A DNA stretch of 64,000 nucleotides from Candidatus Micrarchaeota archaeon (lineage in GTDB: Archaea; Micrarchaeota; Micrarchaeia; Micrarchaeales; Micrarchaeaceae). Position 1 is the first letter of the stretch, and the number at the start of each line of letters is the position of its first letter. A program made the translations under genes and the position numbers. The notes beneath the pieces were generated by a model, which saw only the letters and a list, made by a program, of their open reading frames with translations, searched no databases and had not been told where the DNA came from. This document shows positions 46,944 through 56,839 of the stretch, in pieces. The DNA lies in contig JAJZVQ010000001.1 in assembly GCA_021845575.1 (NCBI GenBank), positions 22,172 to 86,171 of the forward strand, written 5' to 3'.

Positions 46944-48323
46944 TCACACAAGATTCTCAGGTTTTAATATCCTATCAAGGGATTTCTTGTCTAATATGCC
47001 TTCATCTATACAAACCTCCTTTATTGTCCTGTTTTCTTTGTACGCTTTGTTTGCCATTTCCGCCGCTTTTGCGTATCCGATATAAGGAGAGAGCGCGGTC
47101 GCAAGAGAAAGATTTCTTTCAAGATTCTCAGCCATCTTTTCTTTATTTGGCGTTATCCCAGAAACGCATTTTTGCGTAAAGGAGTTTATCCCATTGGAAA
47201 GTATCCTTATCGTGAATAAAAGGTTAAACGCGATTATCGGCATGAATACGTTCAATTCCAATTGTCCCGCGTTTGCCGCTTCATCTATGGCGGTGCAATT
47301 TCCCAACGATTGGAAGCATACCATATTAAGCATCTCAGCCATGCTCGGGTTTATTTTTCCCGGCATTATCGAAGATCCAGGTTGGACGGGCGGGAGGATA
47401 ATTTCTCTGATGCCCGCTCTCGGTCCCGAACCGAGCAATCGTATGTCGTTGGAGATCTTGTTTAACGATATTGCAGTGCTCCTAAGCATTCCCGACATGA
47501 GAAGCTCCTCTTTCTGGTTCTGCATTCCAGAAAATATATTTTTTTCAGGATAAAACCTTATGCCACTTATATCAGAAATCTCCTTTGCCGCATTCTTGGC
47601 GTAGCCTTTTGGGGTGTTTATGCCCGTACCGACCGCCGTTCCCCCTATGGGTATTTTTTGCATGGATTTGAAACCGAAATTTATATTGTCAATCATTTCA
47701 TCTATTAATCCGTAATAACCAGAAAATTCATCGCCGAGAGTAATCGGAACGGCATCCTGCAGGTGCGTTCTGCCTATCTTGACAATTTTCGAAAATTCAT
47801 TCGCCTTTTTCTTTAACTCTTTTGACAAATGACTAAGTGACGGAAGGAGTTCATTCTTTATTGCAATGTCTGCCGAGATATGGATTGCGCAATGAAATGT
47901 GTCGTTTGTGGACTGCGACATGTTTACATGGTCGTTTGGATGGATTATACTGTAATCGCCTTTTTTTCTTCCTAAAATCTCAAGAGCCCTATTTGCTATT
48001 ACCTCATTAAGATTCATGTTTACGCTCGTTCCTGCGCCCGCCTGGAAAACATCGACCACAAATTGTTCCTGCAACTTTCCTTTTATCACTTCATCAGAAG
48101 CCTTAACTATCGCATTTCCAATTTTACTGTCAAGCTTTCCGAGTTTGAGGTTAGTAATGGCTACTGCCTTCTTTAGCATTGCATAAGCGGAAATGAATTC
48201 TTCCTGCATGTGCATTCCCGATATTCTAAAATTATTTTTTGCTCTTTCAGTCTCTGATCCGTAATAGGCGCCAGCAGGAACCCTTATTTTTCCAAGGGCG
48301 TCATTTTCAATTCTATACTCCAT
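46944..48323 (-). CDS. fumC: class II fumarate hydratase / aspartase-family lyase (fumarase favoured by context)
   Basis: GSSIMPGKINPSMAEM signature, TNDTFH, HLQDA. 459 aa. Confidence 0.8.
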   Translation of the reverse strand: MEYRIENDALGKIRVPAGAYYGSETERAKNNFRISGMHMQEEFISAYAMLKKAVAITNLKLGKLDSKIGNAIVKASDEVIKGKLQEQFVVDVFQAGAGTSVNMNLNEVIANRALEILGRKKGDYSIIHPNDHVNMSQSTNDTFHCAIHISADIAIKNELLPSLSHLSKELKKKANEFSKIVKIGRTHLQDAVPITLGDEFSGYYGLIDEMIDNINFGFKSMQKIPIGGTAVGTGINTPKGYAKNAAKEISDISGIRFYPEKNIFSGMQNQKEELLMSGMLRSTAISLNKISNDIRLLGSGPRAGIREIILPPVQPGSSIMPGKINPSMAEMLNMVCFQSLGNCTAIDEAANAGQLELNVFMPIIAFNLLFTIRILSNGINSFTQKCVSGITPNKEKMAENLERNLSLATALSPYIGYAKAAEMANKAYKENRTIKEVCIDEGILDKKSLDRILKPENLV

Positions 48324-48324
48324 G

Positions 48325-48645
48325 TCATCCCTCCTTTTTCATCTTTTCACGCGCTGCGCGAATCCTGCACATTACGCACATGTTCAGATTGCTGTCGAAG
48401 TGCAAATCGCATACGTGTTTTCCGCATTTCGGGCATTTGTGCGTCGCATTGGCATTGCATACATTGCATGTCGTTAGTTCGTATTCAGATTGCGTACGTT
48501 TGCTGCACAAAGTACACACCCTTTTAATAGAATCATAATGCACGCTGCAGACCTTCCTCCCGCAAATTCTGCATGTATTGTCAGCTTCCATGCCGCAGAT
48601 GGCGCATCGATCCCTGATTCCCTGCCCATACCCTTTTTTTATCAT
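48325..48645 (-). CDS. tandem cross-brace zinc-finger protein (two B-box/HIT-like modules)
   Basis: Two copies of C-x2-C-x7-C-x2-C-x4-C-x2-H-x7-C-x2-C. The stop lies 1 nt before the fumarase ATG. Confidence 0.55.
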   Translation of the reverse strand: MIKKGYGQGIRDRCAICGMEADNTCRICGRKVCSVHYDSIKRVCTLCSKRTQSEYELTTCNVCNANATHKCPKCGKHVCDLHFDSNLNMCVMCRIRAAREKMKKEG

Positions 48646-48748
48646 GCAATCACTAAAAATATTATAATCATTTAATCGGCAATTTATATTCTTTATGTTT
48701 ACTTCAATCCTTAAATTTTTAAGTATTTATTATCAAACGCTCATTTTA

Positions 48749-48967
48749 TCACACAGTCGTTGTAATGGTTGAAGTAACCGTTGAAATTGTAGTTGATGGA
48801 TTAATGGATGTTAATGAATTTATAGTTATGTTGTTTGCGGCATTTGGTGTGCAGCCCAATTTATGCATCTGCGTACGTGGAAAAATTTCCGTCAAAAATT
48901 CATCACAATTAAGTGTAACAACATGTGACTCGATCGAAATACGAAATGGAAAAAATAGTATAAGCAA
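48749..48967 (-). repeat. repeat family copy A (full length; retains a 72-codon ORF)
   Basis: Shares the 19-nt core GTTGTAATGGTTGAAGTAA (48759-48777) with copies B and C. It is nearly identical to copy C at both ends. Confidence 0.8.
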
Positions 48968-49047
48968 TATAGACCATTTTTGCGCGTATATTCACATTTT
49001 TAATGAATTCCTTTAATTATTTTATATTGTAAAGTACTGGTGTTATT

Positions 49048-49794
49048 TCAAGGAGGTAATGTCATATTAATTGATTTATTATAAGGGTGATTCCCAATAG
49101 TTAAGAAAAAAGAATCGGCAAATCCTCCACAAATATCCGGATTAATAGTAACAAAATATGTATTCTTTATTGCGTTCGGGGAAATTTTTATTATTATTGT
49201 AACAGAGTAGTTACTGTGTGGAGATGTAATTTGATTACCCGGTCTTATACCGATACTTAAGCCTGCATGCCCATATGTATTAACTAGAGCAATTCCTTTA
49301 GTAATATTATGGGTTATGTTAAAAATTGTTATATAATTTGATACATTAATAAATTCACTATTATTTATAACAAGATGTGTTGCTCCGTTTGATGTTTTTT
49401 CATACACTTTGTCATTAAATCTAAATACTCTGTAATTAATTATACCTACTCCCCCAGGAGATATAACATAATCTTTTAGAGGTATTATATAGGTATAATT
49501 AGTAAAATTATAAACTCTAAATCCTGAAGAATTAACAATGTGACTTATAAATACAGGTGTTCCACCTGGAGGTGGGCATAATGGTATTAACATAGAGATT
49601 GTTTTTATTATAGTATTCGCAGGCAATTCAGTAATATTCGCTCCAAGAGTAATATTTGTAATATTCTGCTGTAAGATTGAAGAAGTAGCTGTTTTGGATT
49701 GATGCTGTGACAGTGCCACACTTGCAAACACAATCCCGACTATCGCAACCGCAATTGCCGCCATTACTATATGTGTGTAAGCCTCTTTCTTCAT
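49048..49794 (-). CDS. N-terminally anchored extracellular protein, sequon-rich (hypothetical)
   Basis: MKKEAYTHIVMAAIAVAIVGIVFASVAL anchor followed by an NxT/S-rich domain. Confidence 0.45.
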   Translation of the reverse strand: MKKEAYTHIVMAAIAVAIVGIVFASVALSQHQSKTATSSILQQNITNITLGANITELPANTIIKTISMLIPLCPPPGGTPVFISHIVNSSGFRVYNFTNYTYIIPLKDYVISPGGVGIINYRVFRFNDKVYEKTSNGATHLVINNSEFINVSNYITIFNITHNITKGIALVNTYGHAGLSIGIRPGNQITSPHSNYSVTIIIKISPNAIKNTYFVTINPDICGGFADSFFLTIGNHPYNKSINMTLPP

Positions 49795-49944
49795 AAAATT
49801 ACTTCTTGGACAGACTATTTAATTCTTCTTAAAAGTCGTAATTAAAGTAAACTACTTATTATAAAAAGGGCTTCAGCCATAACCGTTTGCTCGGAACTTA
49901 TTGTTCATCAAGTTAAATGTTGTTTGGGTACTTTTGCTGAAAAA

Positions 49945-50097
49945 TTAACCGATTATAGAAAAAACAAATATTGCAAAACCTACTACGACGCCTATCTCCG
50001 CCATTAGCAAATATCCAAAACTTCCAAGTATCCCGGAAATTGCCATTATCATTATTCCTGAAAAGAAAATAGGGAATTTGTATTTTTTCTGAATCAT
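49945..50097 (-). CDS. 50-aa two-helix membrane micro-protein, last gene of the sdh operon
   Basis: MIQKKYKFPIFFSGIMIMAISGILGSFGYLLMAEIGVVVGFAIFVFSIIG. Its ATG overlaps the upstream stop (ATGA). Confidence 0.4.
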   Translation of the reverse strand: MIQKKYKFPIFFSGIMIMAISGILGSFGYLLMAEIGVVVGFAIFVFSIIG

Positions 50098-50804
50098 AAC
50101 ACCAACGCGAATATTATATGGTCTATCGGAATTCCCGCAACCAATGCCCTTATATACAAATCGACAAATATTATGAAGATCAAACTTGCCCATGCCAGGG
50201 TTTCATGGTGCGCATTTATTTTTGATTGCGAATCATATACTCTTTTAATGCTCTTACCCCCATGCATGCAGCTGAAGCAATCCTTTCTTCCTCCTATCAA
50301 GCTTCTGAAAGAATGGCATGAAAACACATACAGCGTTATCAGCACCGCATTTGTTGCAAGTATAAGGCTTCCGAGTCTTAATACAAAACTGCCGGTGTAA
50401 AACATCGATATATACAAATCATAATAAAAGAACGGAAGAATCGCTATCGCCGAATAAAGAAAATACCTGTGCAGATTTTCTATCTTGAAAATCCCGCTCG
50501 TTTCTCCTGTATAACCCCTTTTATTGTCATCAAGTCTCCCGATTACAGAGCATGCGATAGGGTGCTTGAATATATGCCTGTTGTAATCCTTCCTGTATGC
50601 GTAGCATGTAAGCCTGTATAATCCGACAAATGGAAGCACAAGAATTGTCGGGGAATAAAACGGATCTATGTATCCTTTGTATTCGGGCACCGGAAAAAGA
50701 ACAAGCATCAATGCCGCCACTGCAAGGAGTATTATGAACATGTACAGCCTTATATTCTTTTCCAGCAATTCTTTCGGGATTAATTTATTCAACATTTTTA
50801 CCAT
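50094..50804 (-). CDS. putative succinate dehydrogenase membrane anchor (non-canonical, Cys/His motif)
   Basis: About 5-6 TM helices, overlaps the sdhB stop, and carries SCHSFRSLIGGRKDCFSCMHGG. Assignment is by operon position. Confidence 0.55.
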   Translation of the reverse strand: MVKMLNKLIPKELLEKNIRLYMFIILLAVAALMLVLFPVPEYKGYIDPFYSPTILVLPFVGLYRLTCYAYRKDYNRHIFKHPIACSVIGRLDDNKRGYTGETSGIFKIENLHRYFLYSAIAILPFFYYDLYISMFYTGSFVLRLGSLILATNAVLITLYVFSCHSFRSLIGGRKDCFSCMHGGKSIKRVYDSQSKINAHHETLAWASLIFIIFVDLYIRALVAGIPIDHIIFALVL

Positions 50805-51552
50805 TTTTCCTTTTTTTGATTTTTCCAATTAGCATCATTATCGGATCGTAAAAACCGTCCGCTGCCCTTTCCTTTTCGGGTATTATCGCATTGTCTGTTA
50901 TTTTAATGTGCTCTGGGCACACCTCTTGGCAGCATTTTGTAACGTTGCAGTAACCCAACCCCTTTTCCTCAGTCAGTATTTTCGACCTGTCTAAAGAATC
51001 GGCAGGGTGCATGTCCAGCGACGCCGCCTTGGCCACGTGCCTTGGTCCGATATATTTTGTTGTGTGGTCCCTTATTACATGGCAGACGTCTTGGCAGAGA
51101 AAACATTCTATACATTTCCTAAACTCCTGCGACCTCAAAACATCCATCTCGTCAATAATCCAGGGTTCTTTTTCTTCTTTCGGGGTAAATTCGGGCATTG
51201 CCCTTTCTGTTTCGTAATTCTCATTTACATCAGTAACAAGATCCTTTACAAGCGGAAATGCATGCATAGGTTCGATGCTGACAACGCCGCCAAGCTGATC
51301 TATCCTGGTTTTGCACATCAGTTTTGGCATTCCGTTTATTTCAGCCGCACACGATCCGCACCTTGCCGCCTTGCAGTTCCATCTTACAGCAATTGTCTGA
51401 TCGTAGTGCTCTGTCACATAATTTACTGCGTCAAGCACGACCATTCCCTCTTCTACAGGGACATCGAACTCCTGAAAATATCCCTTGGCGTCTTTTTCAG
51501 GGTCCTTTCTATAAATTCTGATTTTTATTCTGTTCTTTTCCATCAACATCAT
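50785..51552 (-). CDS. sdhB: succinate dehydrogenase/fumarate reductase iron-sulfur subunit
   Basis: CKAARCGSCA (2Fe-2S), CIECFLCQDVC (4Fe-4S), CNVTKCCQEVCP (3Fe-4S). Confidence 0.9.
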   Translation of the reverse strand: MMLMEKNRIKIRIYRKDPEKDAKGYFQEFDVPVEEGMVVLDAVNYVTEHYDQTIAVRWNCKAARCGSCAAEINGMPKLMCKTRIDQLGGVVSIEPMHAFPLVKDLVTDVNENYETERAMPEFTPKEEKEPWIIDEMDVLRSQEFRKCIECFLCQDVCHVIRDHTTKYIGPRHVAKAASLDMHPADSLDRSKILTEEKGLGYCNVTKCCQEVCPEHIKITDNAIIPEKERAADGFYDPIMMLIGKIKKRKNGKNVE

Positions 51553-51555
51553 TCA

Positions 51556-53268
51556 CTATTGTTTTAAAATTTTTTTAAGCCTTTCCGGAATTTCAGGAAT
51601 CGCGGCAGACTCCAATATTATGTCTCCATTTACATTGTTGCAGATTATATTCACTTCCCAGTCAGAGCTTTTTTCAGGATAATCGCTCCGCGTGTGGGCA
51701 CCCCTGCTTTCCTTTCTTTCCAATGCGCTTTTAATCATGCATTCCGCAAGAAGCAACATGTTGTTTAGCTCTATGCATTCGATAAATCCTTTGTTGAATT
51801 TCATGTCTCCGCTTACCTTGCACTTTGCCGATTCTTTTTTTAATTTGTAAACAATATCCAAAGCAGTCTTAAGGTCTTTTTCATTTCTTATTATACCCAC
51901 ATACTCCTCCATTGCGTTTCTAAGTTTATCGGTCATTTCGTAGGGATTTACCCCCTTGTTCTTATTGTCGATATACTTCTTCACATTATCGATTTCGGCT
52001 TCAATTTCCCGCACACCCATCTTCCCTGCTTTGGCATTTTTAATATATTCTGAAGCATAAAGCCCTGCCCTCCTCCCGAACACCAAAATGTCGGCAAGCG
52101 AGTTTCCTCCAAGCCTGTTTGCCCCATGCAGCCCTCCGGCCGTTTCTCCCGCAGCGTATAATCCTTCTATATTTGTTTTGCATGTCTCCGCATCTACCAA
52201 TATGCCCCCCATGAAATAATGTACTGTTGGTGCAACTTCCATTTTTTCTTTTGTTATGTCTATTCCGGCAAATTCCTTGAACTGTTCATACATTGCAGGC
52301 AATTTCTTTTTTATGAATGCGGCTCCTTTATGGGTTATGTCTAAATATACCCCGCCATGTTCAGTCCCGTTCCCATTCTTTATTTCATTGTATATCGCTC
52401 TCGCCACAACATCCCTTGCATCAAGCTCCTTCTTTTTTGGCGAATATCTTAGCATAAACCTTTCTCCTTTGCTGTTGAGCAATATACCACCCTCCCCACG
52501 CACTCCTTCAGTGACAAGCAATCCCTTCACTCCTGGCGGCCATACCATCCCAGTAGGATGGAATTGTATCATCTCCATGTCTACAAGCTTGGCTCCAGCT
52601 TTAAAAGCCAGTGCAATGCCATCTCCTGTGCTCTCCCAGGAGTTCGAGGTTATTTTGTAAATCCTGCCAAGCCCCCCAGTAGCAATGATTACGGATTTTG
52701 TATTGAATACAACAAACTTTCCGGTCTTCATCTCAAATCCTATCGCGCCAATTACCTTGTTGTCTTTAGATACAATCTTTGTAATAAGGGTTTCATCCAT
52801 GACGGATATGTTGTTCATGTGCAGGATTCTGTCTTCAAGCGTCCGTATGAGCTCAAGCCCTGTCTTGTCGCCCACATGACACAATCTTCTATAGGTATGC
52901 GCTCCGAATGCCCTCTGCATTATCTTTCCTTCAGGGGTTCTGTCAAATAATGCGCCATATCTTTCCAATTCGTATACCCGTTCAGGCGCCTCCTTTGCCA
53001 GGATTTCTGCCATTCTCCAATTCCCAAGAAATACACCTTCAATTATAGTATCGGAGAAATGAACCTCCCAACTGTCTTTTGAATCAACATCTCCAAGCGA
53101 TGCGGCGATCCCCCCTTCAGCCATTACCGTATGCGCTTTGCCGAGCAGGGATTTCGACACGACAACAACAGAAGCACCGTTTGCGCCTGCCTCAATCGCA
53201 GCTCTCAGCCCCGCACCCCCAGATCCTATAATAAGGATGTCAGAATCCAATTCTTTATACTCGTTCAT
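51556..53268 (-). CDS. sdhA: succinate dehydrogenase/fumarate reductase flavoprotein subunit
   Basis: GSGGAGLRAAIEA dinucleotide fold, SHTVMAEGG-type FAD-attachment His region (AHTVMAEGG), FHPTG, RGEGG, GANRLGGNSL. Confidence 0.92.
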   Translation of the reverse strand: MNEYKELDSDILIIGSGGAGLRAAIEAGANGASVVVVSKSLLGKAHTVMAEGGIAASLGDVDSKDSWEVHFSDTIIEGVFLGNWRMAEILAKEAPERVYELERYGALFDRTPEGKIMQRAFGAHTYRRLCHVGDKTGLELIRTLEDRILHMNNISVMDETLITKIVSKDNKVIGAIGFEMKTGKFVVFNTKSVIIATGGLGRIYKITSNSWESTGDGIALAFKAGAKLVDMEMIQFHPTGMVWPPGVKGLLVTEGVRGEGGILLNSKGERFMLRYSPKKKELDARDVVARAIYNEIKNGNGTEHGGVYLDITHKGAAFIKKKLPAMYEQFKEFAGIDITKEKMEVAPTVHYFMGGILVDAETCKTNIEGLYAAGETAGGLHGANRLGGNSLADILVFGRRAGLYASEYIKNAKAGKMGVREIEAEIDNVKKYIDNKNKGVNPYEMTDKLRNAMEEYVGIIRNEKDLKTALDIVYKLKKESAKCKVSGDMKFNKGFIECIELNNMLLLAECMIKSALERKESRGAHTRSDYPEKSSDWEVNIICNNVNGDIILESAAIPEIPERLKKILKQ

Positions 53269-53293
53269 AGCATCACGATTTGTTTATCCAAAC

Positions 53294-53447
53294 TCATACA
53301 GTCGTTGTAATGGTTGAAGTAATCATTGTGGCCATTAATTGATTGGTGTGCGGTTATTAATGAATTTATAATGATACTGTTTATAAATTTTAATATACAA
53401 CTCAATTTATATATTTGTTTTGTACTTGCCCACAATTTTATAAACAA
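53294..53447 (-). repeat. repeat family copy B (diverged, 5'-truncated in minus sense)
   Basis: Core at 53304-53322. The rest aligns to copy A at roughly two-thirds identity by eye, with at least one indel. It fills the ubiD-sdhA spacer. Confidence 0.7.
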
Positions 53448-53460
53448 AACGTTAGTGGCT

Positions 53461-54912
53461 TCACACCCTATTCTTTTTGTTCATCGCTTCTTCTATTTTT
53501 TTTATTATGCTTGCTGCCTTTTTTATTATCTCCTTGTCGCTCTCTACTTCCTTTGGCCATTCTCTTCCCAATTCCTCTTTGAATTTTCTTGTAGCATCAA
53601 TACCTATCTTGCTTCCGAGCGGCGGGTTCGGGACAGTATGGTCAAGAGTATCATTGAATGCATTCGGCACAACTAACACGTCCCTGCCGGGATCAACTGT
53701 CGTAGCCATTGCATACAGGACATTGTTCATATCTTGGATTTCAACATCCTTATCGACTATGATAACAAACTTAAGGAAACTTAGCTGTCCCGTTCCCCAT
53801 ATCGCCATCATCACCCTTTTTGCCTGTGCCGCATAACGCTTGTTTATCGAAAATATCCCTATACTGTTAAACAATCCGAATTCAGGCAGATTCATGTCAA
53901 CTATATCAGGAACAGCCATTTTTACAAATGGAAGGAATATTCTTTCAACCGCCTTGCCGATCCACGCGTCTTCAAGCGGCGGTTTCCCCACCGAAGTGGC
54001 ATGAAATATCGGAGAATCCCTGCTGTAAAACTTTTCAAGTTTAAATACGGGATATTTTTCTTGCGGCGTGTAATAACCGAGATGGTCACCAAAAGGACCC
54101 TCAGTTCTCATGTCGTTTAGATCGACATACCCTTCCATTACGGATTCCGCATAAGAGGGTACAAAAATTCCGTTTTTCAGTTTGTGCACGCATACTCCGT
54201 CATTTCTCAATATGCCGGCAAAAAGATATTTGTCAATGCTGTGGGGTACGGGCGAAGCGCCTACAAATGTGGTAATCGGATCTATACCGTTCACTATTGC
54301 TACAGGAACCTTGTTTATTCCCATCTCTTTGTATTTGGCCGCAGTCATGGCCCCTCTTTTAAATGCCTGCCAATGAATTATTGCCTCTTTTTTGTTAAGT
54401 AACTGAACCCGGTATATCCCAAAATTATTTATTCTGGTAAGTGGATCTTTTGTCATCACAAGCGATAACGTGAAATACCTTCCAGCGTCTAAAGGCCATG
54501 TTTTCAATGCAGGAATTTTATCAAGGTTTGCATCGCGTTCCTTAAATTCAGGTTTTTTTATTTTTGGGGCATATGCGCCTAATTTCATGATGCCAGGCAG
54601 GGATTTTACTTTTTCCAGCATTGTCGCAGGAGCCACATTCATATTGTTTATTAATTCCTCCCCAAAGCTTTCGAGTCTTTTTGTCCCAAAAATTTCGTAA
54701 ATTCCCTCCATCGAATAATAAACATTCGTGATTACATTCCAATCTTTAAATCCTTTAACATTCTTAAAAAGCAGAGGATACGATTTCATATACGCCGCGC
54801 TCCTGTTTATCTCGGCGATTTCAAGGTTTGCATCTACCGAATCATCTACCTCTATAATTTTTCCCTTGCTTTTCATGAATTTTATATAATCCCTCAAATC
54901 CTTGAATGCCAT
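53461..54912 (-). CDS. ubiD: UbiD-family (prFMN-dependent) decarboxylase
   Basis: 483 aa. The N-terminus [35 protein letters not shown] and GIYRVQ are characteristic of UbiD-family enzymes. Confidence 0.85.
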   Translation of the reverse strand: MAFKDLRDYIKFMKSKGKIIEVDDSVDANLEIAEINRSAAYMKSYPLLFKNVKGFKDWNVITNVYYSMEGIYEIFGTKRLESFGEELINNMNVAPATMLEKVKSLPGIMKLGAYAPKIKKPEFKERDANLDKIPALKTWPLDAGRYFTLSLVMTKDPLTRINNFGIYRVQLLNKKEAIIHWQAFKRGAMTAAKYKEMGINKVPVAIVNGIDPITTFVGASPVPHSIDKYLFAGILRNDGVCVHKLKNGIFVPSYAESVMEGYVDLNDMRTEGPFGDHLGYYTPQEKYPVFKLEKFYSRDSPIFHATSVGKPPLEDAWIGKAVERIFLPFVKMAVPDIVDMNLPEFGLFNSIGIFSINKRYAAQAKRVMMAIWGTGQLSFLKFVIIVDKDVEIQDMNNVLYAMATTVDPGRDVLVVPNAFNDTLDHTVPNPPLGSKIGIDATRKFKEELGREWPKEVESDKEIIKKAASIIKKIEEAMNKKNRV

Positions 54913-54926
54913 AAAATCCCTTTTAT

Positions 54927-55223
54927 TTATTTTTCTACTCCCAATACCTCCTTTATCTCTTTTGAGAATCTTCTGATTTTCCTTTTTACGCTTTTTATGA
55001 AAAGCATCTGTTTCTGCGCCGATGCTGTCTTTGCGGCGGCTTCCATGACAGAACTGTTTTCATCTGAAAGCATCTCTTGCACGTCAGCGTGTATGTTTGA
55101 TGCGACTGCTTTCCTGAAATCCGGATTGTCGCTGTTAGATAATCTTCTCAACTCTTTCTTATCACTCGTTTTGGAAATCCTTTCCAATTCTTCTCTGTAT
55201 TCTTTCATACTCTTTTCTTTCAT
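54927..55223 (-). CDS. hypothetical small protein with a HEAT/PBS-lyase-like repeat
   Basis: [38 protein letters not shown] resembles two short HEAT-like helices. Confidence 0.35.
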   Translation of the reverse strand: MKEKSMKEYREELERISKTSDKKELRRLSNSDNPDFRKAVASNIHADVQEMLSDENSSVMEAAAKTASAQKQMLFIKSVKRKIRRFSKEIKEVLGVEK

Positions 55224-55468
55224 AATCTTCTCACCTTCGTATTTAAAACCTTAATTCTTACGTACTTTTAGTGATTATGTAATTAAGGTTCAACAAATTT
55301 AATACCTTTGCCACATATTAAAAAATACCCAAGAGAGACTTATAACGAAATAATATTTAATCTCATAAAAATGTAGAAAAAACAAAAGAATTAGATAAAT
55401 TTATTCAGAAAGTCCAGAAAAAAAGATAAAAGGATTACTGGGGAAAGAGGACTACACCTCGTGGGAGA

Positions 55469-55770
55469 ATGCCTAAAGAAGTGTGTGTGATAATAGTGAG
55501 GATGCAGTTCAATACTGAAGATTTAAAGATAAGACCTGCCCTAGTGTTGTTTGAAGAGTTGGGCAATGTAGTCGCAGCAGGTATAACGACAAATATGCAG
55601 ATGAAAGGAATACGCATATTGGTAGATGAAGGTGCTGCTCAAGAAAGCATATAAAATTAAATTATATATTTACAATTACAAATGAAGCCATTATAAAAAC
55701 AGTATTTTATCTCAGTGCAAATAAAAAGAAGCCTGTTTTTAAGAACTTACAAAGAGACTTGAACACCTAA
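55469..55770 (+). pseudogene. MazF/PemK-like toxin gene interrupted by a frameshift
   Basis: Frame 1 (55469-55654) reads MPKEVCVIIVRMQFNTEDLKIRPALVLFEELGNVVAAGITTN..ILVDEG. The homology-like C-terminus HIKLNYIFTITNEAIIKTVFYLSANKKKPVFKNLQRDL continues in the -1 frame to the TAA at 55768-55770. Confidence 0.5.
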
Positions 55771-55829
55771 AAGTATAATGGGTGCTTAAATGATCCTGAA
55801 TTACGGTTTTAACATATAAAAGCTGCAGT

Positions 55830-56759
55830 CTAGATTGCAAGCGAAACAATAATTGCCGCTAAGTACACAACTCCGAAGATGGTCGCGATTTTGGCTGTTT
55901 CTTGCACAATGTCTTTCAGTGTGCTGGCACTTTTAATTGTATTTTTTGCTATTCTGTATATAAATGGAATCATGATAATCGCTATCAGTGTGGTGGCTGG
56001 CGCAGCACCTAACAAGATTGACAGAAATAGGACCGCATAAGGTACCAACAATGTCAACACCAAGTAAATTTTTGTGGCGTTGTTGAATCCTACCTTTAAT
56101 GGAAGGGTAGTTATCCTTGAATTTAAGTCTGTTTTATAATCCCTAAGGTTATTTGCAAATAATATCGCCGTAGAAAGCGAAACAATCGGTATGCCCACAA
56201 GAAATTCTTTTTGGGTAAAGACTCCGGTTGCAACATAGCTTCCTGCAATTACGATAAAAAGATTTGTTATGAAAACATCAATCTCCCCAAGCGCCTTGTA
56301 CTTCAATGAAAACGGAGGACCCACGTATCCATATATCATAAGGATAGCTAATATGCCTATCGGGATAACCAGAAGCCTTCCGGAGAATGCTACCACTAAC
56401 CCGAAAGTTATCCCTACAACGCAGAGAATAATTCCGTATATCAAAGTCTGCCTTGGCGTGAGTATATTGCTTATTATTGGATGAGGATGGTCGTGCTGAA
56501 ATTTTCTCTTCTTTTTGTCGACGCCATTCTTAAAATCAAGGTAATCATTTATTATGTTTGTAAATGCGAATAGGAAAACCAATCCAATCGCAGCCAACAC
56601 TACTGGTATTATATCTATTTTTCCGATAAGCCAAAATCCTGAAACCGCCCCTATTGTAATCTGAATTATCGCTAATGGAAATACCCACGGCCTTGTCGCG
56701 AAAAACAAGTTCTTTAACGTATTCTCTTTTTTCCGCATAATTTTGTTATTGCTTTCCAT
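55830..56759 (-). CDS. UbiA-superfamily aromatic prenyltransferase (MenA-like)
   Basis: NIINDYLDFKNGVD first Asp-rich motif, NNLRDYKTD second motif, about 9 TM helices. Confidence 0.85.
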   Translation of the reverse strand: MESNNKIMRKKENTLKNLFFATRPWVFPLAIIQITIGAVSGFWLIGKIDIIPVVLAAIGLVFLFAFTNIINDYLDFKNGVDKKKRKFQHDHPHPIISNILTPRQTLIYGIILCVVGITFGLVVAFSGRLLVIPIGILAILMIYGYVGPPFSLKYKALGEIDVFITNLFIVIAGSYVATGVFTQKEFLVGIPIVSLSTAILFANNLRDYKTDLNSRITTLPLKVGFNNATKIYLVLTLLVPYAVLFLSILLGAAPATTLIAIIMIPFIYRIAKNTIKSASTLKDIVQETAKIATIFGVVYLAAIIVSLAI

Positions 56760-56839
56760 AGATATCTCCAGTTTATCAAAAGTAATCTTTATATTATTTT
56801 AATTATTCTATCCAAAGTTTCTTTATTGTTTTTATATTA

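Noticed and set aside
49868-49915. Possible second C/D sRNA on the minus strand (UUGAUGA ... CUGA)
   Set aside because: Only 28 nt separate the C-like and D boxes. There are no C'/D' boxes and no terminal stem, so the spacing is incompatible with an archaeal C/D sRNA.
53326-53676. 116-codon plus-strand ORF spanning repeat copy B and the ubiD 3' end
   Set aside because: It is antisense to the conserved UbiD C-terminus, with hydrophobic low-complexity translation, and is most likely spurious.
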